64,000 bases of DNA from assembly GCA_039096935.1 (NCBI GenBank), contig JBBPEE010000035.1, forward strand, positions 496,001 through 560,000, read 5' to 3'. Source of the stretch: Blastocystis sp. ATCC 50177/Nand II (lineage: Eukaryota). Of the stretch, positions 38,101 to 50,629 are shown piece after piece (position 1 is the first letter of the stretch; every line of letters starts with the position of its first letter). Below the pieces are notes generated by a model that was not told where the DNA came from, did not search any database, and saw only the letters and a program-made list of their open reading frames with translations. The translations under genes and the position numbers were made by a program.

Positions 38101-41100
38101 TGAGGGCTAGAGCGTGATCGCGGCGGGCGCGGACGGGTACACGCCGCAGCTGTTGCAGTCGCTGTTCAACGTCGTGACGGACCGGCTGCTGTTCGACACG
38201 CTGTCGTTCTACGACGACATGCCCGCCTTCAAGGCGTTCATCCTGCGCGTGGTGCGCGAGGAGGAGACGCCCGGGCTGCAGGCGGACTTCCAGGCTGTGC
38301 TGGACAAGAAGGCGCTGGTCGACTCCGTGCGGATCGTGCACCCCGACTTCTTGCGCGTGCTGGTGTTCTTCGTGCTGAAGACGCAGCCGGCGCTGCAGCG
38401 CAGCTGTCTGCTGCTGCTGAAGAGCTTCCTGGAGTCGAAGAACCGTAGCGGCGGCGGTGCGCGGTGAGCAGTAGAGCAGCTGAACCTGATCGCCATCACG
38501 ACGGAGCAGCGCGGCCTCGTGGACCTGCTGCTGGACGTGCGAGCGGGCGGCGCGAGTGAGGCATAGCACCTGGAGGCGTTCGCGGAGGCCAACGTGCCGC
38601 TGGTGCTGGAGCTGGTGCAGTCGGTGGCGAAGCACAACATCACGGTGCAGCAGCTGAAGAAGGTGTTCCGCCTGCTGCACATCCAGGGCGAGAGCCGCGC
38701 GCGCTACGCCAACCAGATCGTGCGCATGCTGAACACGCTGTACTCCGTGATGGACGTGCGCAAGCCCGACCAGTCCTACCTGCTTGTGCCGCCCGCCTCC
38801 GGTCTGCAGATCGTGACCGAGCTGGCACGCGTGGGGCAGGTGGTGCAGGGAGGACAGACCGTGCCGACGATGCAGGTGGTGCAGGCGGAGGGCATCCCAC
38901 ACTTCCCACAGACGGGCTACACGCTGTCGCTGTGGTTCAACCTGTCGTCGCTGATGGCCGACTGGATCATGGAGGGCGGTAGGCGCGGCGCTGGGCTCCG
39001 AGCGTAGAGTTCGCCGTGCCGCACCTGTTCTCCTTCGTGGAAGGCGAGAGCGCCTTCCTGATCTACATCCAGAACGCGGCGCTGGTCATCAAGCTGTACC
39101 AGAACGGGAAGGAGGTGCCACTGCCCGACACCAACCTGCCCATTCTCGACAACCACTGGTACCACCTCGCCGTCTCGCAGAGCTACAACCGCCTGCAGAA
39201 GATGCACCCGCTCTTCGTCTCGCTCAACGGCCAGACCAACTTCGAGTGCGTCGCGCCCTACCCCGCCTTCTCTCGCTCCGTGCGCATGTTCGTGGGCACG
39301 CGCGGCGTGGACCTGCCGTTCACGTCGATTCCCACAGCGTACACGGAGTTCTCGGGCGAGCTGGGCACCGTGTACATGCTGAGCAAGGCGGTGACGAAGA
39401 CGCAGGCGCGCGGCATGTTCCTGCTGGGCCCCAACTACATGTTCAACTTCGAGAACTATGCGACGGAGAGCCGGCCGGTGTTCGACGACACCAGCTTCCA
39501 GCCCGCGGACCGCAGGGCCATTCAGGAGGTCTGCAACGGCAGCCTGCCGGGCAGCCTGCTGGTGAACCTGTCCGCGTGTGTGATGAACCGCGAGAAGACC
39601 TGCGTGCTGGACGACACGCCTGTCCAGCTGCGCGCGCAGAAGTGGGCCAGCGGCGCGAAGGAGGCGGAGGGTGCGGTGCGCGCCGTGAACGGGATGCTGC
39701 TGAGCGGCAGCCACGTGTGCTCGACGAAGCAGATCGCCTCGGTGCTGGACTCGCTGGGCGGCATCGCGCTGTTCTTCCCGCTGCTGCCGCAGATGGATCT
39801 GGCGGAGCACGGGCAGTCGGGCGACGGCCGTGCGAACGAGGCGTTCACGCGCGAGCTGTACGAGCTGCTATCCAACGCGATCAAGGGCAGCGGTGCGAGC
39901 CGCGAGTTCATGGAGAAGCAGAACGGCTTCGACGTGATCGCGTACCTGATGCAGAAGGCGAGTCCGAAGGACGTGACGGTGGGCTTCCTGGAGAAGGCGA
40001 CGCAGTTGCTGGAGGACCCGAGCCTGTCGCAGGAGGCGCACCAGCAGATCTTCAAGGCGTTCTTCATGAACGCGTCGTTCTGGGTGTACTGCGACGCAGC
40101 GGTGCAGAAGCAGGTGTACGGCACCATTCTGCGCGTGCTGCAGAACAACGAGAACGAGGGCCTGATCGCCGTGATCAAGAGCACGGGGCTGGAGGGCTTC
40201 TGCCACATCCTCCGCTACTTCTACAGCAGCAGCCCCGTCGCAGTGCCGGAGGAGGTGGATATAGCGAAGGCGTGTGAGGCGTAGCTGGGCGACGACCGCC
40301 ACATCCTGACGCAGTGGCTGGCGCTGGAGGAGACGAAGACGACGCAGGGTGAGAGCGCGGCGAAGGCGTCGCAGGAGGACCGCGCGGCGATCCGGCAGGT
40401 GCTGTACGAGATCCTGTGCGTGCTGCTGGAAGACCCGGCGATGATCACGAAGTACGCCTGCTTCTATCTCGCCAACACGCTGCTGTGGAGCTGCCGCGTG
40501 AAGGACGCGGCGCTGCTGCGGCTGTTCTTCGACCTGTTCGACCGCCTGCTGCACAAGGACGGCATGGGCGCCTTCTTCGTCGAGAGCATGGCCGGCTTCT
40601 CCCACCTCTCGCTCGACCTCCCCGAGGACCTCATTCTCGACAGGCCGAGTGTGCCTGCTATGCCTGCTGCGACTGAGGGTGCGCAGCCTGCGCAGCCCGT
40701 GGAGCTGCTCACGGCGGAGACGATCGCGGCGGGCATTCCGGAGAAGCCGACGGAGGACCTGAACGGTGGGCGCGTGGGCGTGGCGTGAGGCGTAGTGAAC
40801 GCGGGCGTGCTGCCGCTGTTCCTGGCGCTGCTGAAGGCGGAGGACGCGGCGCTGGCGGCGAAGGCGCTGGAGCTGTTCTGCTTCGTGGTGACGCTCTGCG
40901 AGCACTCGCCCAACGCGGCGCTGTGGCCGGTGCTGGGCGTGAGTCGCCAGCGCTCGCACGTGATCATGGACTTCGTGGCGGCAACGGTGCCACAGGAGGT
41001 GGTGACGGAGGCGCTGGTGCGTCGCCTGCTGCAGCTCATCGTGAACTCGGAGCACATCGACGACAACGGTGGGCGTGCGCGGTGGGAGTGAGGCCTAGAC

Positions 41101-44100
41101 AACCTGAGCATTCAGATGGCGCCGTTCATCCCGCTCTTCCTACAGCTGCTGCCGCGCATCGATGCTACGCTCATCCCCAAGTACTACTCCACCTTCGTCT
41201 CGCTCTTCTCCAGTGCGCGCGGCTGTGCAGCGTGAGGTGTAGACATCAACGGGACCACCAACCTGAACCAGCTGCTGAACCTGCCCTTCTGGTATGACTA
41301 CGTGTTCGTGTTCGTGTGCCGCGTGCGCGACGAGGCGCCGGGCATCCTGGACGGCGTGTGGAGCGAGACGCAGGCGCTGCTGTTGTCGGTGGTGGTGTCG
41401 ACGATGGAGAAGAACCTGTACAAGACTGTGACGAACGCGAGCGAGGTGCGCAAGGACGAGGAGACGGTGCGTTTGATGAAGCTGATCTTCGGCGCGATCA
41501 AGCGGTACCTGGGCCTGGGCTACTTCAAGAGCGACGCGGAGAGCTTCACGAAGGGGCTCTTCGCGGACTTCTACATCCTGGTGGTGAACCGCATCATCTC
41601 GATGCTGGGCATGCCGGGCAACCGGGTAGTGGCGGCGCGGCGCGCTGAAGCGTAGACGAACTTCCTGCTGACGATCCAGCCGGTGGTGACATACCTGTAC
41701 GAGGTGGTGGCGTTCATGCTGGAGATCCCCGAGGACGAGGACGAGAAGGAGGTGGAGCGCGACCACTACAACTGGCAGCTGGTGGCGCCCTTCAACACGC
41801 TGATCACCGTGCTGATCGAGGCCATCGGGCTGGTGGCGGGCGAGCTGGCGAAGACGGCGGCCATCGGCGAGCTGAAGCGCGAGTGCTTCACGATGGACAT
41901 CGCGCTGCTGCTCTCGCTGCTCACGCGCTACAGCCTCGTGCTCAACGACCACTGCGAGCTCTCCGAGGACCTCTCGCTCCAGTCGCCGCCCCAGCCCTCC
42001 GTCGACAACCTCCTCGGCATGCCTGCCGAGGCTACCCCTGCCGTTTCTACGACGGTTCCTGCTGTGATGCCTGCTGTGGCTCCTATGGCCCCTGCGACGT
42101 CGGCGGCGGACCTATTGGGCATGCCGGCGCAGTCTTCTGTGGACGATCTGCTGGGTATGCCCGTGCCGCAGTCCATGCAGACGCCGCAGCTGTCCGTGGA
42201 CGACCTGCTGGGCGGCGTGGCACCTGCCATGCCGGAGACGGCGGACAACACGCTGGGCCTCTTCGGCGTGGCGTCGGAGGGCGCGATAAGCAGCCCGCTG
42301 CCGCTGGAGGAGGCGTACAAACCGCTGTACAACGAGGCGATCCAGGTGGCGAAGCAGCTGAAGCTGCTGCTGGGCAGCAAGGACTTCCCGCTGAACGACC
42401 TGGCGTACCTGAGCCGCCTGAACGACAGCCTGCGCACGCTGCAGACGGAGGTGGGCGAGGGAGTGATAGGTGAGGCGTAGTCGTCACTGCCGAACACGGA
42501 CGACTTCAAGGCGACGCTGATCGAGATGGGCGGCATGGCGCTGAAGAACATGGAGGCGCGCGCGCGCGAGATGCTGAAGGAGGTGGACGAGGCGAAGCCG
42601 AAGCGAAAGTGGCTGCTGAGCGACAAGCAGAAGGCGCAGCTGGAGCTGTACGAGGCGGTGAACAAGGAGCGTGGGCGTCGGGCGCGGGACTGAGGCGTAG
42701 TGAACGCGATGCTGACGCTGCCGCCAGAGTGCTGGGCGGAGAAGAACACGCACCTGTCGAAGACGCTGGAGCTGCTGCACCTTACCAGCGACGTCACCTT
42801 CTTCCTCAACCTCGTGCGGGCAGCAAGCGGGCGTGACATGTAGGCAGCGGTGCGCCAGACGCTGGAGGCGTCGCTGGCGAGCGGGAAGCACTACGCGATG
42901 CAGGGCGAGGCGGCGACGCAGCGCGTGCTGGCGGCGATCGCGTTCGCGCAGGTGCAGGAGAAGGGCTACGAGGTGCGCTGCCTGAAGGAGGGCTCGCACA
43001 CCTTCTGGCGCAAGCACCAAATCACGGTGCGTCGCTGGTCGCTGATGGTGGAGGCGCTGGAGCACGAGCGCGGGCCGTGGGGCGAGCTGGGCAGCAACGA
43101 GGGGTGGGAATGGGTCGTGGGCGTGAGGCGTAGCATTCTGACGCTGACGGACCGCTTCAACGCGTTCGACATGCACCCGATCCTGGTGAAGGACCCGAAG
43201 GGCACGACGCACGCAGACGCGTCGGTGTGGAACGAGACGACGGAGGAGAACGAGCCGACGCTGAGCGTGAGCGGCATGTCCAGCCTGATGCGGTCTTCCG
43301 TGGAGGAGGACCTGCCCAAGGAGGAGGCGAAGAGCGCGAACGAGGAGCTGATGACGAGCCGCCACCAGGGCCGCGTCCTCTTCTCGCAGGAGTGCCTGAT
43401 GGTGACGCCGATGCTGGCGGCGCGCGGCAAGCTGGAGCTGACCACGTCCACGCTGTCGTTCACGCTGAGCCCCGAGTTCGAGGCGGAGTTCAAGCAGCAG
43501 ATCGACAAGCAGACGGCGTACATCGCCAGCGCCAAGCGCTTCGAGGGCGTGAACAAGTACCTGATGCTGAAGCTGCCCGAGAACAAGATCTGGCGGCTGG
43601 GCGAGCTGACGCACGAGGAGTTCCGCCTCTATCTCTTCCGCAACACGGCGGTGGAGCTCTTCTTCCAGGACGGCACCTCCTCCTTCTTCTCGCTCTCCTC
43701 GCCCGGCGCGCGTCTCGCCTTCCACGAGCAGCTGCGCCGCCTCAACCCGCCCAGCCTCACGCCCTTCCTCGGCGCGACGGCGGAGGAGCGCTACGCACAC
43801 GACGACTCGACGCGCCGCTGGGTGAACCGCGAGATCTCCACCTTCGAGTACCTGATGCGCCTCAACCGCCTGGCGGGCCGCACCTACAACGACCTCTCGC
43901 AGTACTACGTGTTCCCTTGGGTGATCGCCGACTACACCAGCGCCTCCATCGACCTGCGCGACCCGAAGGTCTACCGCGACTTCGCCTACCCGATGGGCGC
44001 GCAGCTGGAGTACCGCCGCGAGGCGCTGCGCGTGGTGGCAAGAAGAGAAGCTAAAGCGTAGGACAAGTTCGACGTGATGAAGGAGAACTTCCAGCAGCGC

Positions 44101-45961
44101 GCCGGCGAGACGGAGGACCGCCTGGGCATCCTGTGCCCGCCGCCGCGGTTCTTTTCGACACACTACAGCAACAGCGCGAACGTGCTGTGGTACCTGATCC
44201 GTCTGGAGCCGTACACGTCACTGCACATCTTCCTGCAAGACGGCAAGTTCGACCGGCCGGACCGCCAGTTCTGGAGCCTGCGCAACACCTACAGCGGCTG
44301 CACCACCAACGACGGCGATGTGAAGGAGCTGATCCCCGAGTTCTTCTACCTGCCGGACTTCCTCCGCAACAACAACAAGCAGGGTTAAGTGCTGTGCGTC
44401 ACCCGTAGGCTCAACCTCGGCGTGCGCCAGGACTGCGCCGACCCGATCGGCGACGTGGAGCTGCCGCCGTGGGCGAAGACGCCCGAGGCGTTCGTGCGCA
44501 TCAACCGCGACGCGCTGGAGAGCGAGTTCGTGTCGGCGCACATCCACAAGTGGATCGACCTGGTGTTCGGCTTCAAGCAGCGCGGACCCGAGGCGGAGGC
44601 CTGCTACAACGTCTTCTCGCACGTCACCTACTATGGCGCGCTGGACATGGAGGCGCTCTGCCGCAGCAGCCGCGCCGACTGGCAGCAGGCCAATGACATG
44701 CTGGAGAACTTCGGGCAGACGCCGCTGCAGCTGTTCGCCAACCCGCACCACCAGCGCCGCCCGCTGCAGCTGCTGCCGCCCGTGCCGCTGCTGTCCTACC
44801 GCGACTGGCTCTCGCCCGCCGGCTGCCGCTTCCTCGGCGCGGGCTCCTCGCGCAGCCTGCCCGCCGCGCGCGCGCTGGCGCTGTACAAGACGAACATCAA
44901 TCTGGGAGCGGGCGTGATGGCCGTGGGCGTGAACGGCGCCACGGGCAGCGTCGTGACGCTCGCGAAGACGCGCGCGCTGGCGGTGAACCCCGTGAAACAG
45001 CAGAACGGCCGCAGCACGCCCTTCGACATCGGCGTAGATCCGCTGCTGCGCGGACGCGGCTGCCCGGTAGTGGCGGAACCCTTCTCGCCGCTGCTGGACG
45101 TCGAGCGGCCGTCGCTGCAGGCGGCGCAGCTGGTGGCGGTGGCTCACAACGGGCTGTTCGCGTGCGTTGTGGGCCAGTGGGACCACGCGCTGCGCATCGT
45201 GAGCACGCAGACGGGCGCGACGCTGGCGACGATCGCCACGGGGCAGGACGACCTGTCGTGCGTGGCGATCTCGCGCGACGACACGACGGTGGTGATGGGC
45301 TCCCTGGACAACTCCGTGGTGCTGCTCACGCTGGAGCACCCCGAGAGCGCGCCGCGCGTGGTGGCGAAGCGCACGCTGTACGGGCACGACGGCGCGGTGA
45401 CGTCCGTGGCGATCAACAAGGAGATGAACCTGGTGTGCTCGGGAAGCCGCGACGGCACGAGTGGGCGTGAGGAGAGAATCTAAGGAGTAGTCATTCTGTA
45501 CTCGCTGGCGGACGCCACATACCTGCGTACCATCTTCGACGCGGACTACGACAAGAAGCTGCCGGCGATCCCCGCGGTGAGCTGGTGCGCCCTCACGAAC
45601 GAGGGCAACGTGGTGTTCTACTCGGAGGCGGACTTCAAGTTCCACCTGTACTCGTCGCTGGGCGTGAAGCTGAACGAGAAGGAGATGAACAGCCAGCCGA
45701 ACTGCATCGCGCTGAGCAACGACACGCAGTACCTGATCGCCGGCGGAGACAAGATCACGCTGTTCATGATGCGGCTGAGCGACTTCGCGCTGGTGACGCC
45801 CGCGATGGAGGAGCGCTACGGCGGAGAGGGCAGGCCGGCGGCGTTCACGCAGACGCCGAACCTGCACGTGCCCGTGCGGTCGATCCGCTGCTCGCCGGAG
45901 GGGCAGTACATCTTCCTGGGCATGGAGAACGGCGAGGTGTGCGTGATTGCTGTGAAGGCGT
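35124..45961 (+). CDS. Large BEACH-domain protein (ConA-like, PH-BEACH, BEACH, WD40; neurobeachin/LYST family)
   Basis: WYHLAV..FSGELG (ConA-like), STFEYLMRLNRLAGRTYNDLSQYYVFPW, THYS, DVKELIPEFF, WIDLVFGFKQRG, FGQTP and WD40 repeats. More than 20 introns of ~30 nt. Confidence 0.92.
37855..37891 (+). other. U12-type AT-AC intron (37 nt)
   Basis: ATATCCTT...GCTTAAC GCCAC. Removal restores the frame (HKTN/FLIHCISII). Confidence 0.85.
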
Positions 45962-45985
45962 GGTGTGTTTGTTAAGAAACAGGCG

Positions 45986-48173
45986 AGATCATTGGGGGAG
46001 GAGGAGGGGGAATCATAGAGGTGTCCGAGTGGGGGAACGGGATGTCGAGAATCCTGGCACTCGGGGCTGGAGGAGGCGGCGGAGGGGGAATCGGGTTGTC
46101 CAGGGGAGTGGGATCGAGGGGCGTGTTCTCCGGAGTGGGAGGGGGAGGAGGGAAGAAGGGGTCCTGAGGGATGGGATCGAGGGGCGTGTTCACCGGAGCG
46201 GGAGGGGGAGGAGGGAAGAAGGGGTCCTGCGGGATGTCTCCACCCAATGGCAGTGGCGGGATGTCTCCATAGAGCGGCGGCGGCAGGGGAATGGAGGTCG
46301 GCGTCGTCACGGGCGGAAGGTTCTTCATTCGCTCCACCAGCGACTCGCATCTCGCCTTGTACTCCTCCACAGAGTGCGGTTGCTGCGCCCACTCTCTTTC
46401 CTCCTCCAGCCACGCGGGCATAACGCCGCCCTGCTTCTCGAGGGACTTCTTCGCCTTCTCCAGCTCCTTGTTGTAGCCTCTGAGCGCCGCCTTGATCTTG
46501 TTCTCCTCCAGGAGCTTCTTGATCTTCTCCAGGTTTCTCTTGATCGTTTCGGCGCTCTTCAGCAGCGGGTTCTTCATCTCGATCTCCGCCGGCTGGCCCT
46601 CGTCGGTGATGGCGGAGAAGTTCACGTAACCGCTCTCGTTCACCTTCATGGACAGCGTGACCTTCACCTCGCCCTTGGGCAGCGCCGGAATGTCCTTGAT
46701 AGACAGGTGACAGTAGTACTTGTTCTGGGAGAAGTGCGGGTTGTTGCCCTGCGCGATGCGGATGCTGATCTCCTCCTGGTAGTCCGTCATCGTCTCCAGC
46801 TGCAGCTCCTTCTTCGCGCCGAAGGGGCGGCCGGCCGTGATCAGGATGTACACCGAGTCGTTCGCCTGCTCTAGCACGTAGTGATCCGCCACCAGGCCTA
46901 TGCTAATGAAGATGTCCGTGTCAAGCGGATCAGTCGTGACGCTCGCCTGGTCCTCCAGGTTGTGGACGTAGCCGGCAGCCACTTCTTCGGACACCATTTC
47001 GGGGAAGAGCTTCGCGGAGGTGACAGTGCCTGTCTTGATAGCCGCGTAGTACAGAGCGCCCTGCGCCACGGCGGTATGGCGGTTGATGCTCTCCAGCAGC
47101 TTGGCGTTGGGGAAGAAGGCCTCCATGTCCGATTTGATTCTGGGAATGTAGGAGGAACCGCCGATCAGGATAACACTGTTGATGTCCTCCTTTCCCAGCT
47201 TCGCGGCCTCCAGCGCCTCCGTCACAGTGGACAGGGCTCTCTGCAGCTCCGGCTCGATGGCCTTCTGGAACATAGCGAGACTGATGTTAACAAAACACGT
47301 GCCATCCACAATCTCAGAAACATCTACGTCCGCGTTAATCATCGTAGTAGATAGTTCACACTTCGCCTTCTCAGCGCACTTCATCAACTTCTTCTTCTGC
47401 TTCTCATTTATCTGGTAATCGGCACCCATCTGCTCTCGAATCGCATCTTCAATCAATCCCTCCATAATGCGGGTGAAATCAGCGCCACCCAGGTGAATAT
47501 CGCCGGTCGACGACAGCACCTCGTACTTGTTGTCAATGTTCATAACGGTCACATCAAACGTTCCACCACCAAGATCGTATACAAGAACCTTTTGATGGTT
47601 GATATCATTATCCACACTATATGCCAGAACCGCTGCAGTAGGCTCATTCATCAGTTGAATGACGGTCAATCCACATGATTCTGCTGCCTCCTTCACCTGG
47701 AGTCTCTGAATATCATTAAAGTGGGCAGGAACGGTGAGAACGACGTGGGTTATCTCGTGCCCCGCCTTTCTCTCAGCCAGCTCCTTGAAGTAGCCGATGA
47801 ACACTGCGTACATATCTCCTGCAGTGAATTCAGCTCGTCCGGTTGTTAAATCGACGATGAAGCGAGGAATGTCGTCACCATCGACATCTTCCACTTTGAA
47901 TGGCCAGCCCTCCTTATAGAGCTGAGTAAGAGGATTGTTGTAGTTGAGACCCAAAATGCGTTTGAACTCATAGAGACAATTGGGAACTCCTTTCTTTCTC
48001 TCAGCCGCAGTTCCAAACACCATGTTTCCATCATTTACAAATACAACAGAGGGCACAAAATCTTCATTCTGATCGCTCACAATCTCAGGCTTGTCACCTT
48101 GCCATATGACACAGCAGCTATTGCTAGTTCCCATGTCAATGGCCATAACCCCATCCATACTGTAGGATTCCAT
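45986..48173 (-). CDS. Divergent Hsp70-family protein with a Pro-rich tail (intronless)
   Basis: AIDMGTSNS, TVPAHF, EPTAA, DLGGGTFD and GGSSYIP, then DPFFPPPPP repeats. Stop predicted to be poly(A)-generated at 45986. Confidence 0.88.
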
Positions 48174-48508
48174 CTGGAAAGGAAAATATGTAAATTAGAC
48201 TGCGCCTTTAAGTGCACGGCGGAATCCAATAGCCTGAGTCGCCACAGCAATCATGCTTGATGCTTCGATACACTGTACTTTACTCTTCTTTCATCCCTTT
48301 CACAGTTGCCATAACGAACGGAACTGTACATTCAAAACAACTGAAAACAGCACACTCTCTGCCACTAACGGATGAACTGACATGGCGCAAACACGCAGAT
48401 TTCGTTCAATACGTTCCCTATTCATATCAACAATACGCATAATTCAAATGGAGAGAGAAAGGAACGGTAGATCGTGTATGAACAAAGAAGAGATAGTTTA
48501 CATTCACA

Positions 48509-48871
48509 TCAGTTCTTCTCCTCGTGGTCTTCGATTCCGCCGGGAATTAGCTACCGCTCAGCACACCAAGCCACACCCACCATACAAATGTTCTTGCCGT
48601 TCAGCAGAATGCTGCTACGCTTTGATCGCGTCACGCCCTCAGAGGTGTACTTCCTAGACCATCACGGCCGCCAAACTCGCTCCCTACAGCTCGGTGACGT
48701 CCTCCAGCACCATCGTTAGGTACTCGTCGAAGCCTCTGAGTATTCCGGAGAATTCCGTGTCGCCCTTCGTGATAATGGAGATCCTTGCTCCGATGCTCTT
48801 ATCAATGAGTTCTACACGCGTTATATGCAGCACAGGTGAACAGTACCAAGAGGGACGACGGTATTCGACAT
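48509..48871 (-). CDS. LSM5: U6 snRNA-associated Sm-like protein LSm5
   Basis: Spliced (3 introns): [35 protein letters not shown]...[15 protein letters not shown]. Confidence 0.92.
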
Positions 48872-48936
48872 GGACAGAAGAGAAAGTGAGCATCTTTGGA
48901 TTTGCGAAGAAACAAATCTACAAAGTCTGCAAACGG

Positions 48937-50603
48937 ATGGAGAACACAAAGCAGCCAGCCCAACAGAAGCGTCCCGAGTGCAGCAATGCCGAAGCGGATG
49001 CTCCTGTCTTGACCAAGAAGCAGAAAGTTGCCTGATCAACGAGAAGGATGACTGTGTAGTATGAGAATGCAAAGCCAGCGAGGGAGGTGAAGGGGCGAAT
49101 TATCGCTGCTGTGAACGAGAAGAAGGCGAGTCTTGCATACGAGTACTTCGAGGAGTATCTGAAGTGTGCCGATTCGGTAAACGGCGATATGTTCTCTCTT
49201 CTCTTCCGCTCCCTGAGCACCGTCGATGATATCCCGTTCTTCAACAAGTGGATGGACTACGTCACCGAGCATCAAATCGAGTTGGGCGAGAATTCGTACA
49301 CCTGTGCTGGTCACTTCCCTTTCTCACATATAGCGATCATCCAGTTCTTTAGCGGCGTTGGCATGGAGGAGGAAGCCATGAAGTACGTGAATATCGTCGT
49401 CGAAAAGGGAATGAAGATCAAGTACTCCTCCAGCGATCCTGTTCATCCTAGATTCCGCCACTACCTTCCCCTGCTCCAAGGCATATCCGACCGGGGCGAC
49501 ATCCCCGCAATGCGGAAGGTGATCGCCCACATGCGCGAGAACAACATCCCGTTCGACGAGAACGTGTACTACTACGAGATGAAGACGTGTAGGTGCTGAG
49601 GATGCCATTCACCGTAGGCCTGGCGGGCAAGGACGAGGAGCTGTTCGTGGTGTGTCTGAAGGAGCTGATGAAGGCCGTGGACCTGGTGGAGACGGAGCCC
49701 ATGGTGGACCTGCTCAAGGCCTTCGTGGAGAGGCAGGCCTCCAGCATTGACGTGACGCGTAGCTATCCGAGCTGGGTGCTGAAGCCGTGCGTGATCCTGG
49801 CCTCGGGGTGCTGCGACGTGTGCGGCAAGCAGCTGCGCAAGGAGCCATTGTCACTGGCGGCGAAGCACGAGCTGGCCTCGGAGGTGGAGTCGCTGATTCT
49901 CTCGCGTGCGTCTCGCGAGGCGGCGTCAGACGTAGAGACGCGCAAGACGAAGGAGGACCGCGTGGAGAACTTCCTGGCGTTCAAGGCGTTCCTGGCGAAG
50001 ACGGGCCCGTACGACATCTTCCTGGACGGCGCGAACATCGCGCACTACAAGCAGAACTTCGACGGCGGGTGCTTCAACTACCAGCAGATCCAGATGGTGG
50101 CGGAGTACCTGCTGCGGCAGAAGAAGCGCATCCTGATCGTGCTGCACGAGCACCACTTCAACCAGGCGGGCACCACGCTGCCGGAGCAGTGGCTGGAGCG
50201 AGGCCTGGCGTACAAGGTGGTGAAGGGCAACAACGACGACCTGTACTGGATGTACGCGGCACTGGCGGCGGACAACGACGCGATGGTGAGGACGGGGGCG
50301 GGGCGTGAGGCGTAGATCCTGTCGAACGATCAGATGCGAGACCACTTCTTCCACATCAACAACGACCGGCGATTCCAGAAGTGGCGCGAGCACAACCAGA
50401 TCTACTACGACATTTGGACGGACGCGGAGAAGAAGAAGTTCGCGCTCAAGTTCCCGCTGAGCTACACGCAGAACATCCAGGATCACCCCTCCGGCTTCCA
50501 CATCCCCTACGGCTCCGTGAGGGAGAACATGAAGTTCGTGAGCCAGTACTACTGCCTGGTGAACACCGAGAGGGAGAGGGAGAAGAAGTGCTCTGTTCTT
50601 TAG
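48937..50603 (+). CDS. PRORP: Protein-only RNase P (PPR-like region plus NYN metallonuclease)
   Basis: GCCDVCG, GPYDIFLDGANIA, NNDDLYWMYAA, SNDQMRDHFF, FQKWRE and FHIP..YYC. May end at 50589 through a poly(A)-generated stop. Confidence 0.9.
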
Positions 50604-50629
50604 TTTCCGTGTTTGGGAAGAAACACACG

